The position numbers and the translations under genes are program-made. A DNA stretch of 62,885 nucleotides, filler included, from Circinaria calcarea (Eukaryota), in assembly GCA_051942165.1 (NCBI GenBank). It is 52 parts of 52 records of this genome, joined end to end, with 100 filler letters (N's around TTAATTAATTAA, not from the genome) between each part and the next. Parts side by side here need not be neighbours in the genome. Positions count along the whole stretch, not along the records: positions 36,481 to 37,588 come from JAVECS010005306.1; positions 37,689 to 38,796 come from JAVECS010005307.1; positions 38,897 to 40,004 come from JAVECS010005308.1; positions 40,105 to 41,212 come from JAVECS010005309.1; positions 41,313 to 42,419 come from JAVECS010005310.1; positions 42,520 to 43,626 come from JAVECS010005311.1; positions 43,727 to 44,833 come from JAVECS010005312.1; positions 44,934 to 46,040 come from JAVECS010005313.1; 44 more parts are not named here. One strand, written 5' to 3'. Positions 36,800 to 48,555 of the stretch are shown piece after piece; positions within the stretch are counted from its first letter, which is position 1, and each line of letters opens with the position of its first letter. A model generated the notes under the pieces. The model was not told where the DNA came from. It saw nothing but the letters and a program-made list of their open reading frames with translations, and ran no database searches.

Positions 36800-37588
36800 T
36801 ACAATCTTCCCCATCCACCCGCCTCGATCCGTCGCTTGCAAACAGCCGCTGCTGACATGGCCGCAGAAAACACGGGATCGATACCTCTCTCTCGAACCCG
36901 AATTCGCCTTGGACTGCATCTCCGTAACTATATCTGTTCCTATCACCCTTCTTCAGCAGATTTAATCATCTTACCGTCTGTGACGCGGTCCCCTAGTAAT
37001 ACAAGTTGTGGCATTTCCCTCGGGATACTCGGATATTTTCTTATTATATCGGCAGGAGCGGCCTTCATATCGCTCAGAAGATTCTCAATAGCAGTCTAGT
37101 GTTCTTCGTCGGCACTCTAATCAGCCCCTAGGTCTAGACGATGCTCTTGCCTGAAGTATTCCAAGCAGTCTTCTTCCTCGACAGCTAGCATCATTGTCAA
37201 CGTAGCGCGAACTGTAATCCATGCTGAGCACTAGCTACGGCTTCATCTCCTTGCAATTATTCCCCATCATACTCTGGGCAATTGCCAATACCGTCAGCCC
37301 TTGCGGCCGCCTTCGCTGCGAAGGTGTAGAACCCTGAGGGTGGAATTGCGGAACGCACATTGGTGGCTGCAAGCACTGTGTCTAGTAGTTTCCGTCCTTC
37401 GTCGTGGACCGGAACAGGCACAACCATCTCGGTTGTGTTAATGGGCACTCCGAGGAATGATTCGGTTGAGACACGAAGTGACAGTATCATCTCTCCAAGA
37501 GCAATCTCGTCTGGGGTCTTTGGGCCGGCTGTGAGGCTCTGAAGTAGGGACTGGATTGCTGGCGCTTTCGAGAGCCAACGATTGGAGT
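36800..37588 (-). pseudogene. Degenerate fungal actin-like/Hsp70-related protein relic
   Basis: LGEMILSLRVSTESFLG..AAKAAARADGIGNC, then LVLSMDYS, EYFRQEHRLDLG, QLVLLGDRVTD, IDPVFSAA, separated by stops and frameshifts. Confidence 0.5.
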
Positions 37589-37690
37589 NNNNNNNNNNNN
37601 NNNNNNNNNNNNNNNNNNNNNNNNNNNNNNNNTTAATTAATTAANNNNNNNNNNNNNNNNNNNNNNNNNNNNNNNNNNNNNNNNNNNNAA

Positions 37691-37897
37691 CGCTCCTACA
37701 GTCTCGACGCCGAAGTTGGCGCCGTGGTTGTAACGACCGATGAGGGACTGATGAGGCGGTTGAAGCAGGAAGAAGAAGGGCTGTTAAGGTATTCGCGGAC
37801 GGTGGTGGATGCGGATTTAAGGGGAGGCGAGAGGAGAGTAGGCTTAGGGGTTAGGATTGCGATGTGGATTGTTGGGGTGTTGGGTGGGGCGCTGTAG
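37691..37897 (+). CDS. PGS1: Phosphatidylglycerophosphate synthase, C-terminus
   Basis: RSYSLDAEVGAVVVTTDEGL...ERRVGLGVRIAMWIVGVLGGAL*. Confidence 0.88.
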   Translation, partial: RSYSLDAEVGAVVVTTDEGLMRRLKQEEEGLLRYSRTVVDADLRGGERRVGLGVRIAMWIVGVLGGAL

Positions 37898-38186
37898 TAT
37901 TCTTAAAACCCAAAAAGGGGGAAAAGAAGGTTATGTGATGCATAGCGATGGAGTTTGGTCTTGAGGTTTGACTTGTGGCATAAACAGAAATGGACGTCCT
38001 GAAAAGGACTTGTATAATACTCTATATAGATAGGTACCATTGGATACCCGCTACAAACTGTATAATGTAGCTAGCTGAAAGGCGCTTCAACGTACAAAAC
38101 ATCCCTCATCCCAAGCTGACCACCACCAAAACGCCTCGCTCTAACCCCCTTAAACTCCAATAAACGCTATGCACTCCATCAACCCA

Positions 38187-38796
38187 TCAATGAGGTCCAT
38201 ACCGCGCTAAATACTCATTTCGCCCCCGAACCGTATCTTCCTGACTCAAAACCACCGGATCCCCCATATCCCAACTCCCGCCCGCCCCTGCGTTATCCTC
38301 AGCTTCCGGTGTGGAATCCTCGTTCTCGTTCTCGTTCTGGGTATCATGCTGAGCGGTGCCGATGGCCGGACTACTGATTGCTCGCCTGAGTCCTGCTTGT
38401 GCGCCCACTGAAGTCTGTGTTGTTATGTCGTCATCCCCTCCTGAGTGGTCGGAGACCGGTGTCGGTGGGGAGTACTCCACGCTCGGGCTCTTCCTCCCTT
38501 CATCACTGTTCAAATTCGAGTCGTCCGAGGGACTTCGGAAGTGGCTCATTTTGCGTGAGAAGAAGCCGTATCGCGATGTAGGCCTGGAAGGACTTCCGGG
38601 AGGGCTACCGTCAGGGTTTAGGTAGCGCGAGAAGCTGGCGGAGGGTCTCCCGACAATGTTTTGGACGGCGGTTTGGAGTTCCAGGTAGGCGGGGCTAGAG
38701 TTTGATGTGTTGCGGGAGAAGATGACGAGACCGAGACAGAGGAGTATGAGTGAGAATTGGACGATGGCCATGCGCTTTTGGAAGAGAATTTCGTCG
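38187..38796 (-). CDS. SLP1: SUN-like ER membrane protein Slp1, C-terminal part (convergent with PGS1)
   Basis: DEILFQKRMAIVQFSLILLCLGLVIFSR transmembrane segment followed by a disordered tail. Confidence 0.78.
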
Positions 38797-39237
38797 NNNN
38801 NNNNNNNNNNNNNNNNNNNNNNNNNNNNNNNNNNNNNNNNTTAATTAATTAANNNNNNNNNNNNNNNNNNNNNNNNNNNNNNNNNNNNNNNNNNNNTAGA
38901 AAGCTAAATCGAGAGGCTCGGTCGTACCGCATGGTTGTTACATAATGTGGGTGGCTTTACACCGTGAGACAAATGTAAGGGCTTTACCCGAGAACCCCTA
39001 CGAACCCTACGGGGGAACTATTTACCGGGGTCACGAGATATTGGCTTAGCGAGGAAGGATTTCTCGCGAAGCGTTACACGAGAATTCTTTAGCAATAATT
39101 CATCGGAAAATTACAAATTTATACCCCATCTTACAAACTTATACCCCGACCTCAGGAATATAGTGTATAGGCTCACTAGCGTATAGCGCATACCTTATTG
39201 GCGTATGGCACGCTGTGGCAAAGCGCAATGGCTCATA

Positions 39238-39391
39238 GTCACTGCCGTGGAAGGTCACTGCCGTGAAAGGTCACTGCCGTGAAAGGTCACTGCCGTGGAA
39301 GGTCACTGCCGTGAAAGGTCACTGCCGTGGAAGGTCACTGCCGTGAAAGGTCACTGCCGTGGGAATGTTACTACCGTGGAAGATCACTGCC
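39238..39391 (+). repeat. Tandem array of 16-bp unit GTCACTGCCGTG(G/A)AAG, 8 copies plus 2 degenerate
   Basis: Exact 16-nt periodicity, no unique spacers. Confidence 0.95.
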
Positions 39392-39426
39392 AGATATGGC
39401 AGCATTACGCCAGCGATATCACAATT

Positions 39427-39713
39427 GGGGGGTTCGGTTTTTTTTTGTTAGAAATTTGTTATGCTCGGGAACACGGCACCGATGGGCTAAGACCGATGCT
39501 ATAAAGCACGGGGGCCAAGCTGGCAGAAACTGTGCACTCGTATTGGCCACACTAGGTCCACAAGCATAACATAGCTCCGTTGTGGATGTATAATGGAGCT
39601 GTGTAAAGCCAGGCGGGGGTTACCTGGTAGACGAGTATTGATTGGCTGGGAGCACTGTTATTCCGGGCCTACCTAACATCCTCCGAGTATAACAAAGGAA
39701 AACTGAACCCCCC
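39427..39713. mobile_element. GGGG-terminated MITE (copy 1) with central hairpin, nested in the foldback element
   Basis: TIRs GGGGGGTTCGGTTTTTTTTTGTTA / TAACAAAGGAAAACTGAACCCCCC; internal similarity to 46721-46983. Confidence 0.75.
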
Positions 39714-40346
39714 AAGTGTGTCGCAATACCAGTGTGTCGCAACGCAACTATAGCGCAATGCCACTGGCGACAGTGACCTCTGCGATAGTGGGTCTTTACG
39801 GCAGTGACAGCGACCTACCGTAGTGATCTTAATAATAGCCACCTTGCATTAATAGAAGGTTCAATCACTAGAATTTGGAGGTGGGGTATGAAATTGCAAC
39901 TTAGGGGTGGAAATTGTAAAATTCAAACTGGTGGGGTATGAAATTGCAATTTTCCGTTAAGATTTCCTATTTTAAGTTACAATTTTGACCTAACCCTTTA
40001 AGCCNNNNNNNNNNNNNNNNNNNNNNNNNNNNNNNNNNNNNNNNNNNNTTAATTAATTAANNNNNNNNNNNNNNNNNNNNNNNNNNNNNNNNNNNNNNNN
40101 NNNNCTGTCGTACCAGTAGCACTACAGCGGTCACGGCGCTATGACCTGTAGCAAGACTTAGCGCCCTCGGGGAACGTGCTGTCTACATGTAATAATGTCT
40201 GAATGCCGATGTCTCGGTGCGAATGATGAAACCGGGAAATATAACCAGACTCCCTCAAGTGCTTGCAAACTCACCGTACGGTCACTACTCCTCAGCACAT
40301 AACAACCATTCTGCATCAGAGTGAGCTCTGACGAGACCACAACACA

Positions 40347-41212
40347 ATGCCCACTAGATATTCACACGCGCTCGTTTTGGCCGACCTGGAGGATCGAGGC
40401 CTCATTGACGCCGGCAGTCGGCCCCTACCGTTGACAGGCTACGCATCACCATCTTCAGCGCGAGGAGCATCACCAACGGAAGAGCCAGAGGGGTTATGGA
40501 CATTGGAAGAACAGTCAACGCCAACCACACCACCGAAGACGGTACAGATTCTGGGCTTAGAAAGTTTGCCAACCACGTTGCAAAAGAGGTCATCAATTGG
40601 AGGAAAACAGTGCTCAGTCACCCCACCGAGGGGGAGATCTCCAGTAAGAGTGCGATACGGATCTCCGAGGAAAGCAGAAAGACTGTCTCCGACAGCGCAA
40701 CCTGGGCCTCCAGTACTGCATTTACCAGGACCTATCTCGGAGTCGCGTACCGCAACGCCAACGCCTGCATTGCCTACCAGAACAAGTAGTGCTCCACCAA
40801 TACCGCCTCGCTCATCACTGCGCCAATTGGGCACCCACTCGCGCAACTCATCCGTCACCGATTCGTTTACTTCCCTTTCCACCACATCATCCTCCTCCCG
40901 ACCAGCTTCTTCGGTAGTCACGGAAATCTACGCTCCTTTGCAAGGTTCAAGTCCTTCCCGGCTAGAACAGCATCCACCAAGCTTAAGCACGGATTTTGCA
41001 CTGCGGCCCTCACCACTCGTTCCCCGCCCGGCTTCGAAGCCTTCCCCGCAAACGGTGCACTCGGCTAGCAACTCTTCCTCCACGGCTCGCTCCTTCACCA
41101 CGAACGCTAAAACGTCCAACTCGAGTCCTATATCGACGGACTGTGAAACCTTCGCCAGAGATGACGAACCCTATTTCGGCTCCGATGAAGGGGATTCCGA
41201 GAGCCTCTCTTC
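40347..41212 (+). CDS. N-terminal part of a Ser/Pro/Thr-rich hypothetical protein
   Basis: ATG in ACAATG context, about 288 open codons to the contig edge. Confidence 0.7.
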
Positions 41213-42519
41213 NNNNNNNNNNNNNNNNNNNNNNNNNNNNNNNNNNNNNNNNNNNNTTAATTAATTAANNNNNNNNNNNNNNNNNNNNNNNNNNNNNNNN
41301 NNNNNNNNNNNNGGGTAGTACGTAGCTTATTGAAAGGGGGAATATTTCCCCTCCCGCGTTGGGGAGGGAGTCATCTCCGAGGGCGGGCGCGGGCGCGGGT
41401 AGATATGAATAATTAATCCTGTCCTACCTAGCCCGTTCTTGCACATTAATATAAATGCGGGTAGGGAAAAGGGGTTTAGGAAAGCGATTTCATATGGCTC
41501 CAAAAAACTTATCGTTGACGGGGAAGAAAATCCATCCCCATCCGGATAAACAACCCATATCCACAATATAGGATTCTTGCCAATTACACTGGTATTAGCA
41601 CCCCAAAGAGCTCCGAAGGAACCCCGAAGATGGAAAAAGGGAAACCGGAACTCGTAGAATAACCTCCAGGATAGCAAGTCCCCAACTGGCCCCCTGAAGA
41701 AGGGGAAGAGAATCGAGAGAAAAAAGCGGTGAGAAATTGTATCAGCTTCGCCCCCCTTCGCCTCCCTCCTCTTCACTTCGGGCTCAGGGGGGTGATTTCC
41801 TCCAGCTAGATGCCTAAGCTAGTAAAAGGAGTAAAAAGCTACCCACAATGGCCGCGTTGCCCCCATGTACTCCGTATGGTACGGGTGAATCAAATAGAGG
41901 GGGGGAGGGGGGGGAAGGAAAGGTACTTTGCATTTAATGGGGAACCGGTTTTTTCTCCCATCAGCGGAGGAACAAGGGATATTTACCGTTGCGAGAATGG
42001 GGATCGAGGGCGTATTTGACTCATGAGGTGAGTTCCGGGAAGGGAGAAAAAAGATTTAAATTGGAGGAGTAGGGTGGATTTGAAGACTCTTAGACGCCTA
42101 AGGTTTAATAGAAATAATGAACCCTGGAGACGGGAATGGAATGAAATAAGAAGGAAAAGAATTGCTGGACGGGAAGACGCTGCCGTGGAAAGGCGGCCTG
42201 AGGCGAGGTATGTAATACTTGGTTTGGGGGGTAGAGGGAAGAGGCTTGGACAATATACCACCCTACTTATTTGATCCTCGGAAAAACGAACATTTAAAAT
42301 CCCTCCCCTACCCTGAGGGGGAAAAAACTACCGCGAATATTATAAACTTTTGGATATCCAAGCAGGGAACGATGGATGTTTATAAATTTTTAATGAAAAA
42401 AAAAACGGCGAATTACCGCNNNNNNNNNNNNNNNNNNNNNNNNNNNNNNNNNNNNNNNNNNNNTTAATTAATTAANNNNNNNNNNNNNNNNNNNNNNNNN
42501 NNNNNNNNNNNNNNNNNNN

Positions 42520-43139
42520 ATCTCTCCTCTTCGCCTACCCCTTCACCCCTTCCTTCTCACCTCCCTCCGCTACCCAATCATCCCAACTTCCGCCATACTC
42601 ACCCACCTTTTCCCACCCCGCCATCCTCGCCATCCCGGCCGCAGCCCTGCTCCTAACTCCCGCTTTACAGTAAAACACCACTTCCGTCTCCGCACTCGGT
42701 TTCGGCCACCCGAACTTGTCTTCAAAGTCCTCCGCGGGTAGGAAGAGCCCGTCGGGGGATGAGCTGATGGGGAGATTGTGGGATGTGGGAATACGGCCTG
42801 TACGGGCTAACTCGTGAGGTTCACGAACGTCGATGAGGATGTGAGAAGGCTTGTTGGTGGAAGGAGCGGAGATGAGGGCTTTAACCTGTGGGGAGATTGG
42901 ATGGTCAGTGAGGGGTCTTAGTGGGAGGGAGAGGGGTCGAGGACATCTTGGAAGGTGTAAGACTTTGTCGTGGGCGGTTGGTGGGTGGGCTGGGAGTTGT
43001 AGCGCCGAGGTATTGTCTGAGTGGAGGGGTAAGAGCGCTGCTCGATGCGTAATGGAGATGGGAGGAGAGGCCGAGATAGATGCCTCGGCGATCTTGCGAT
43101 CCGGATGGCTGTCGGTAAAAGGGTCCGCTTGCAGGACAT
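42520..43139 (-). CDS. Mitochondrial single-domain rhodanese (Rdl2-like thiosulfate sulfurtransferase); intron 42886-42944
   Basis: Arg-rich presequence, then [36 protein letters not shown] (active-site loop), EYGGSWDDW. Confidence 0.88.
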
Positions 43140-44933
43140 GATGTGTATGAGTTCAAGTCATGGGTCCGGGTTTCTATACGAGATCTGGGAAAAAACCGCG
43201 GTACTAAGGTATACCGGCAAATATCACGAGCAGCCTGAAGTATAAAGTTACAAGCCTAGACTTAGGCCGACACGCTGTTGCGAACCTCTAATTTTAGAAG
43301 GGTTAATAAGGATATGTAAACAGTGGCCCGTACGTTTCCTCGATTTGGTGACGGAGTTTGGACCCTTTTGTTGGCTCAAATTACGTTCATAGCATACGAG
43401 TGCGGTAAGCTAAACGTTTATTTCAACTTCGATACGTGCCGAGGCATGAAGTCAGTACGAAATGTTTGTATTATCACGTCAGACTAGTATCTCCGCATCC
43501 ATCTTGTGAAAATCGGCATCATCCATTAACCCGTTAGCCTTCCTCGTCTCCCAAGGTTTGACCTACTAATACCCTCTTTCCCTGAGATCCGCTCTTGGGA
43601 TGTTGCACCACGCTCTAGGAAAGAACNNNNNNNNNNNNNNNNNNNNNNNNNNNNNNNNNNNNNNNNNNNNTTAATTAATTAANNNNNNNNNNNNNNNNNN
43701 NNNNNNNNNNNNNNNNNNNNNNNNNNGGGGGGGTCTGCTTTTAGGGGGGTCCTAGTTTTTGAGGGGTTCCGATTTCTTTCAAAGACTTGCTTTAATTTTG
43801 GAAGTGTGCAGAGAGAAGTAAAAATCCCTTATCACCCTGTCACCAAAGCAGACTTTCTTACAATCAAATCACATTTCTTTCACGAACTCAATAATAGGCC
43901 TCTGTAAGCATGTTGCGCGACTCCAGACTCACTCCAATTTACTTTATGGGCATTGAAGAAGTCAGTGGGACATTACAACTATACTTCAGAACTTGAGAGC
44001 TTGCTGTGTCTCCAGCTACTTTCCTGAAGACTTACTACTTTTCATACCTCAAAAATGAATACACCTTCTGGGAGAGAAAGGATATATAATATTTTCTTGT
44101 TAGCAACAAAAGTCAAGTCCTAACGTTACCTCTTCCCTCGCTAGTTCTCAAGTTATGTGGCAATAGGCTCTCATATAACAAGTTCTAGGTAATTAAGCCT
44201 AGGATTCTAAGCTTAAGAGTGTACTGTGTTTATTTAAGAACTAACCAAAGGAGTTTAGCATGAAGGACCTTGACTGCCATGTACCTTGTCATAAATTCCA
44301 TATCACGATAGTGTCATCAATGAACTGTATCAGTTGGAGGGAGTGGTGTGTCTGGCTTTGCCACCTTTTTCCATATTAGCGTCAATACGGGGCAGCTGTC
44401 ACCATATCAAGATAAAAGTCTTTAAGATAAAGGCTGAACCAATAGATAAATTCAAGGAATGGATCACATGGACCTTTTTTAAATGATGCCTTAATAGGAT
44501 TGTTATCTCATTTGAAATTGATATTTTATAATGCTAAAATCTGCTAGAACATGCTGTCCTGTTATAGGGTCCTGAAGTCTTTATCCGCAGTTGGTAATTG
44601 CTGCAAAATTGGCGGCATATATATAGGAAATGGCTGACGCACTTGCAAGCCCATAGACATGTCATCCGGCTCCTCCAATTGTAACCATGACACTGTATCT
44701 TGCTATTTACCGTACCCATCCTCGCCATGCGTTATCTGTTCTTGGCTATCTGAAGTTGTGTGGTTGTATAGACGATTGAATGATTTTGGCGGGAGCGCGC
44801 CTTGCTATATATCATGTTCTTGATTGTTGCCTTNNNNNNNNNNNNNNNNNNNNNNNNNNNNNNNNNNNNNNNNNNNNTTAATTAATTAANNNNNNNNNNN
44901 NNNNNNNNNNNNNNNNNNNNNNNNNNNNNNNNN

Positions 44934-45143
44934 GGCCCCCAGGTAAAGCCAAAGCAAAAGCAAAACCCCGTATTCAATCCGACCCGCTTCCAGCCCAGCG
45001 CACCCCCTCCCCCAGCAAAAAACCCCGAACTGACAACTACAGGTGAAACTGTAACGTCCGCGCCCATCAGCCAAAGACCACAACACAGCGCTGCACTGAG
45101 AACTCCCCGTCCCTTCATTTGCAAAAAGCGCCGCGCTACCTAA
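44934..45143 (+). CDS. Possible 3' fragment of a nuclear protein (basic C-terminal tail)
   Basis: Open from the edge, Pro-rich, ends PRPFICKKRRAT*. Confidence 0.4.
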   Translation, partial: GPQVKPKQKQNPVFNPTRFQPSAPPPPAKNPELTTTGETVTSAPISQRPQHSAALRTPRPFICKKRRAT

Positions 45144-46517
45144 CCTGGAAGGGCCAGGGGTGACTACAGCCTGATGGCCAAGAACAAAGAACGGGAAGGG
45201 GAAAACATGGAGTATGATGCATCGCCCTGGATTTGGTTTCTTGGACATCAACATGGGAAATGGGGTGTGTCGTGTGACAACAAGGGCCTATAATATACGG
45301 ATGCTTATGAAATGGTGAAGCTGCCCGGGCGAAGGGGGGCCCGGGGAAGAAGAAAGGGGTGAATTAAATTACTGGGCTCTTAGGATTTATGTAGATACCG
45401 CTTTTCATTCCTCTGTCCTTCTGATCGATCCTAGGTCCCCGTTCCATCTCCTCTCCTCGCCCCGCTCTAGTACTCACTCATAGAGCCGCTACCCCCAGAG
45501 ATTCCAACCGGCGATGTTCGACCCCTCACCGGCCCGTACGGAATACCGGAGCCGTCGAGGAAAGTCCGAGGGAGAAAAGAAATAAACGGGGCGGAATAGG
45601 GAGGAGCTATGCACGGAATCACGGCACAGATGTGAGAATTATTTACACGATACACCATCGAGACAAAAATGATCTAGGTATATAACTTAGAAGGTTCCAT
45701 CCACACTTGCATGGTTTTAATTTGCTTTGCAGGTGGTGAAGGTTATGTTTTCATCGCCCTTGTATACATGTAGAGGTACACTCTTCCACCCTCTGAGAGC
45801 ATGCTGGCCCCTGACCTTACAAGTCTTCTCATCCGGTCCGAGTGAGACTCATCATACCACGTTAAGCTCCCCCTCCGATTACACTTTGCCCTGAAAGCTC
45901 CTCTGCATCTCCATCTGGCTCTCTGCGATAGGAAAACCATGCAGTCTCATCAAATGCCCGCAAATTTTCGCCCAAACCACTAGTTTTGCCCAATACACCC
46001 AAGTACAAAGTTACTTCGCATGCATGCCTTCCAACCAACGNNNNNNNNNNNNNNNNNNNNNNNNNNNNNNNNNNNNNNNNNNNNTTAATTAATTAANNNN
46101 NNNNNNNNNNNNNNNNNNNNNNNNNNNNNNNNNNNNNNNNGCTGTCAACGTACGGCAACATCTGGATATTTCACAGACGTACCCAGGACTGGTGCAGAAT
46201 ATGACGTATCATACGTCCACACTCCAGAAGCTGATCGAGGAGCCCTTGGGCGCTGTCGCATCACGGCTCCGTTCGGCTTTGGACCCCCAAAACATCGAAT
46301 CTGGGGTAACCACACCCGCGCTCTCGCCACATTCTTCGACTCGCACACCAGACAAAAGCCATCGTCTCCTTTACCGCGACGCTTGAACCCATCAGCGGAC
46401 CTTATATTCAGGTTCGTGGGCAAACTTGGACTGTTACGAACTTGATTTCCACCTTGGATGGAGCAGACCTGAGGCGGTGCGGGCAACCGCGATTTGAGCC
46501 GTTTCGAGAGCTTGATA

Positions 46518-46711
46518 TCCCTTAAGGTGTTGCTCAAGCAGCACGAACCGTGCACGATACAGGGGGATTCGGGCACTGATAAAAATTCAAATTCTGGCCA
46601 ATTAGCGGAGAAGAAATGCCCATTTACATAGTAATTTGTGCGGGGAGACTAAAACCCCCCCTATTAGTATAGCGGGCACGGTTCGTGCTGCCAGAGCAAC
46701 AGGTTAAGGGA
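46518..46711. mobile_element. TA-flanked MITE, TCCCTTAA-TIR family, copy A (194 bp)
   Basis: TCCCTTAAGGTGTTGCTCAAGCAGCACGAACCGTGC ... GCACGGTTCGTGCTGCCAGAGCAACAGGTTAAGGGA, with TA on both sides. Confidence 0.85.
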
Positions 46712-46720
46712 TAGGTAATT

Positions 46721-46983
46721 GGGGCTTTCAGCAAAATTCTGTTATAGGTTTGTTATGTACGGGAGCCCGGCACCGATAACTTAAGCCTGATATGGTAAGG
46801 ACAGATGGCAGGCCTACCATAATTGGTCAGGAAAGGTCCACTAATATAACATAGCTCCGTTGTGGATGTACAACGGAGCTACGTAAAGCTAAGCCGGGGG
46901 CTCTTTCCATGCAGGTATGTATTGGTTAGGACTAAAGTTATTCCGCGCCTAGGCTTACATTACACAGTTTTGCTAAAAGCCCC
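46721..46983. mobile_element. GGGG-terminated MITE (copy 2) with perfect 12-bp central hairpin
   Basis: TIRs GGGGCTTTCAGCAAAATTCTG / CAGTTTTGCTAAAAGCCCC; TAGCTCCGTTGT-GGATGT-ACAACGGAGCTA at 46852-46881. Confidence 0.75.
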
Positions 46984-47006
46984 AAATATGGACGGAGTAC
47001 CCCTTA

Positions 47007-47141
47007 TCCCTTAAGGTGTTGCTCGAGCGGACCGAACCGTGCATTGTTTGAATACAAGGTTTGGATTGGTCAAGCAAGGCTGGCACGCACCAGAAGCTGG
47101 GGTGGCACGGTTCGGTCCGCTTGAAGCAACATCTTAAGGGA
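47007..47141. mobile_element. TA-flanked MITE, TCCCTTAA-TIR family, copy B (135 bp)
   Basis: TCCCTTAAGGTGTTGCTCGAGCGGACCGAACCGTGC ... GCACGGTTCGGTCCGCTTGAAGCAACATCTTAAGGGA, with TA on both sides. Confidence 0.85.
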
Positions 47142-47347
47142 TACACTTGATCCTCTCATCGGGAACGACTTTTGCATACCGCTCGTTGCAACCCAACTTG
47201 CCGCCCCCAACTCAGGCTTTTAATGTCAAAAGCCAGGAGCATCAGACNNNNNNNNNNNNNNNNNNNNNNNNNNNNNNNNNNNNNNNNNNNNTTAATTAAT
47301 TAANNNNNNNNNNNNNNNNNNNNNNNNNNNNNNNNNNNNNNNNNNNN

Positions 47348-48454
47348 AGTAGGCCGGTATCGATGAAAAGGCCACCATTTCTGTATTCTGGTAAACCCGT
47401 CAAGAGATCGGCACCCGCAAAGTGAATGTGAAGGAGCTTGGACATGGGAGTCATGAGGGAGTAGGCGAGCCATTGAGTGAGTTTATGAAACGGGACTATG
47501 GTTTCCCAAGGTTGGGCAGGTGGTGAGGGAACCATCGATTTACAAGGCCAGGCATCGCCTAGCGACGTCACACCTATGCTCGTGCGGGAGGAGGGCCAAA
47601 TACCGGCAAGGCCATCCATGAGAACGTTCCATAGGGTGGGAAGAGCGACGATGGGAACAGAGGAAGCTAGTGTGGAGGGGTGTGATAGGAGGTAGTCTAG
47701 AGGATGTCAGTACCCGAGAGTCTGGCGAAGAGTACTGACAAACCTAGCATATTACCCGGTCTTCCTGTTGCGCCAAAATATTCTTCATTACCCAAGGCAT
47801 CGGCCAGCCGCGATAGTAAACCCGCTCGTCCTTCTAAGCCTGCTATTGGGTTACTCTCTGAAACCTGTAAACCTTTGGCCAGTTGTTGTTCGTTTAATCT
47901 CTTCAATCCTACCGGGTCAACTTGAAAAGGTTGGTCCGGATCGCTGCTGAACATTCCCGTCCGAAACATTTCCAGGCTCGCAACGGCAAGACCTTCGCTC
48001 CGACGGTATACCTTGCCCGACTCTTTCGACTTGTATGACCACCCCGGACCTGCACCGGCGTCGAGGAGAACAGAAACCAGAAAAAGATCCAGGAGACGGC
48101 GGGTACGCTCCTGATTGTCGACGGATAAGGGCCAGGTCGCCAAGAGTTGGTCGATCCGTGGCCGGCCACCCACTTCAAAGTGCTGCCATCTTCCATGTGG
48201 GGGTATTGAACGATAATCTGGCGCATAGTCTCTCTGTCCACCGAGGGGTCAGTCGGTCCGCATGACTGGTCGAAGCCATCATCTCAGCCCTGACAATGTC
48301 TCACCTTGATGATCGAAACGACATAAGCCGCCGTGTCCTGGAACTTGGTCATATCCACGTCGAAATGGCCTAGTCGGTTCCTTTTTGCCTTTTCAAACAC
48401 TATCTTTGACCTTTCTCTTACCGAATATATGCTCCGCAGATACGCCGCCGGGTC
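47348..48454 (-). CDS. URC4: Uracil catabolism protein 4 / Urg3 (DUF1688), internal part; introns 48234-48304 and 47697-47743
   Basis: IPPHGRWQHF, DLFLVSVLLDAGAG, RSEGLAVASL, RPGNML/DYL, PFHKLTQWLAYSL, LTGLPEYRNGGLF. Confidence 0.93.
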
Positions 48455-48555
48455 NNNNNNNNNNNNNNNNNNNNNNNNNNNNNNNNNNNNNNNNNNNNTT
48501 AATTAATTAANNNNNNNNNNNNNNNNNNNNNNNNNNNNNNNNNNNNNNNNNNNNG

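Larger units (their letters stand above)
39104..39956. mobile_element. Non-autonomous foldback/MULE-like element with 25-bp TIRs and subterminal 16-bp repeats
   Basis: CGGAAAATTACAAATTTATACCCCA (39104) matches the reverse complement of 39932-39956 at 22/25; degenerate inverted copies of the 16-mer at ~39765-39830. Confidence 0.75.

Noticed and set aside
39238..39391. 16-bp repeat array as a CRISPR array
   Set aside because: Head-to-tail units with no unique spacers, eukaryotic context and no cas genes
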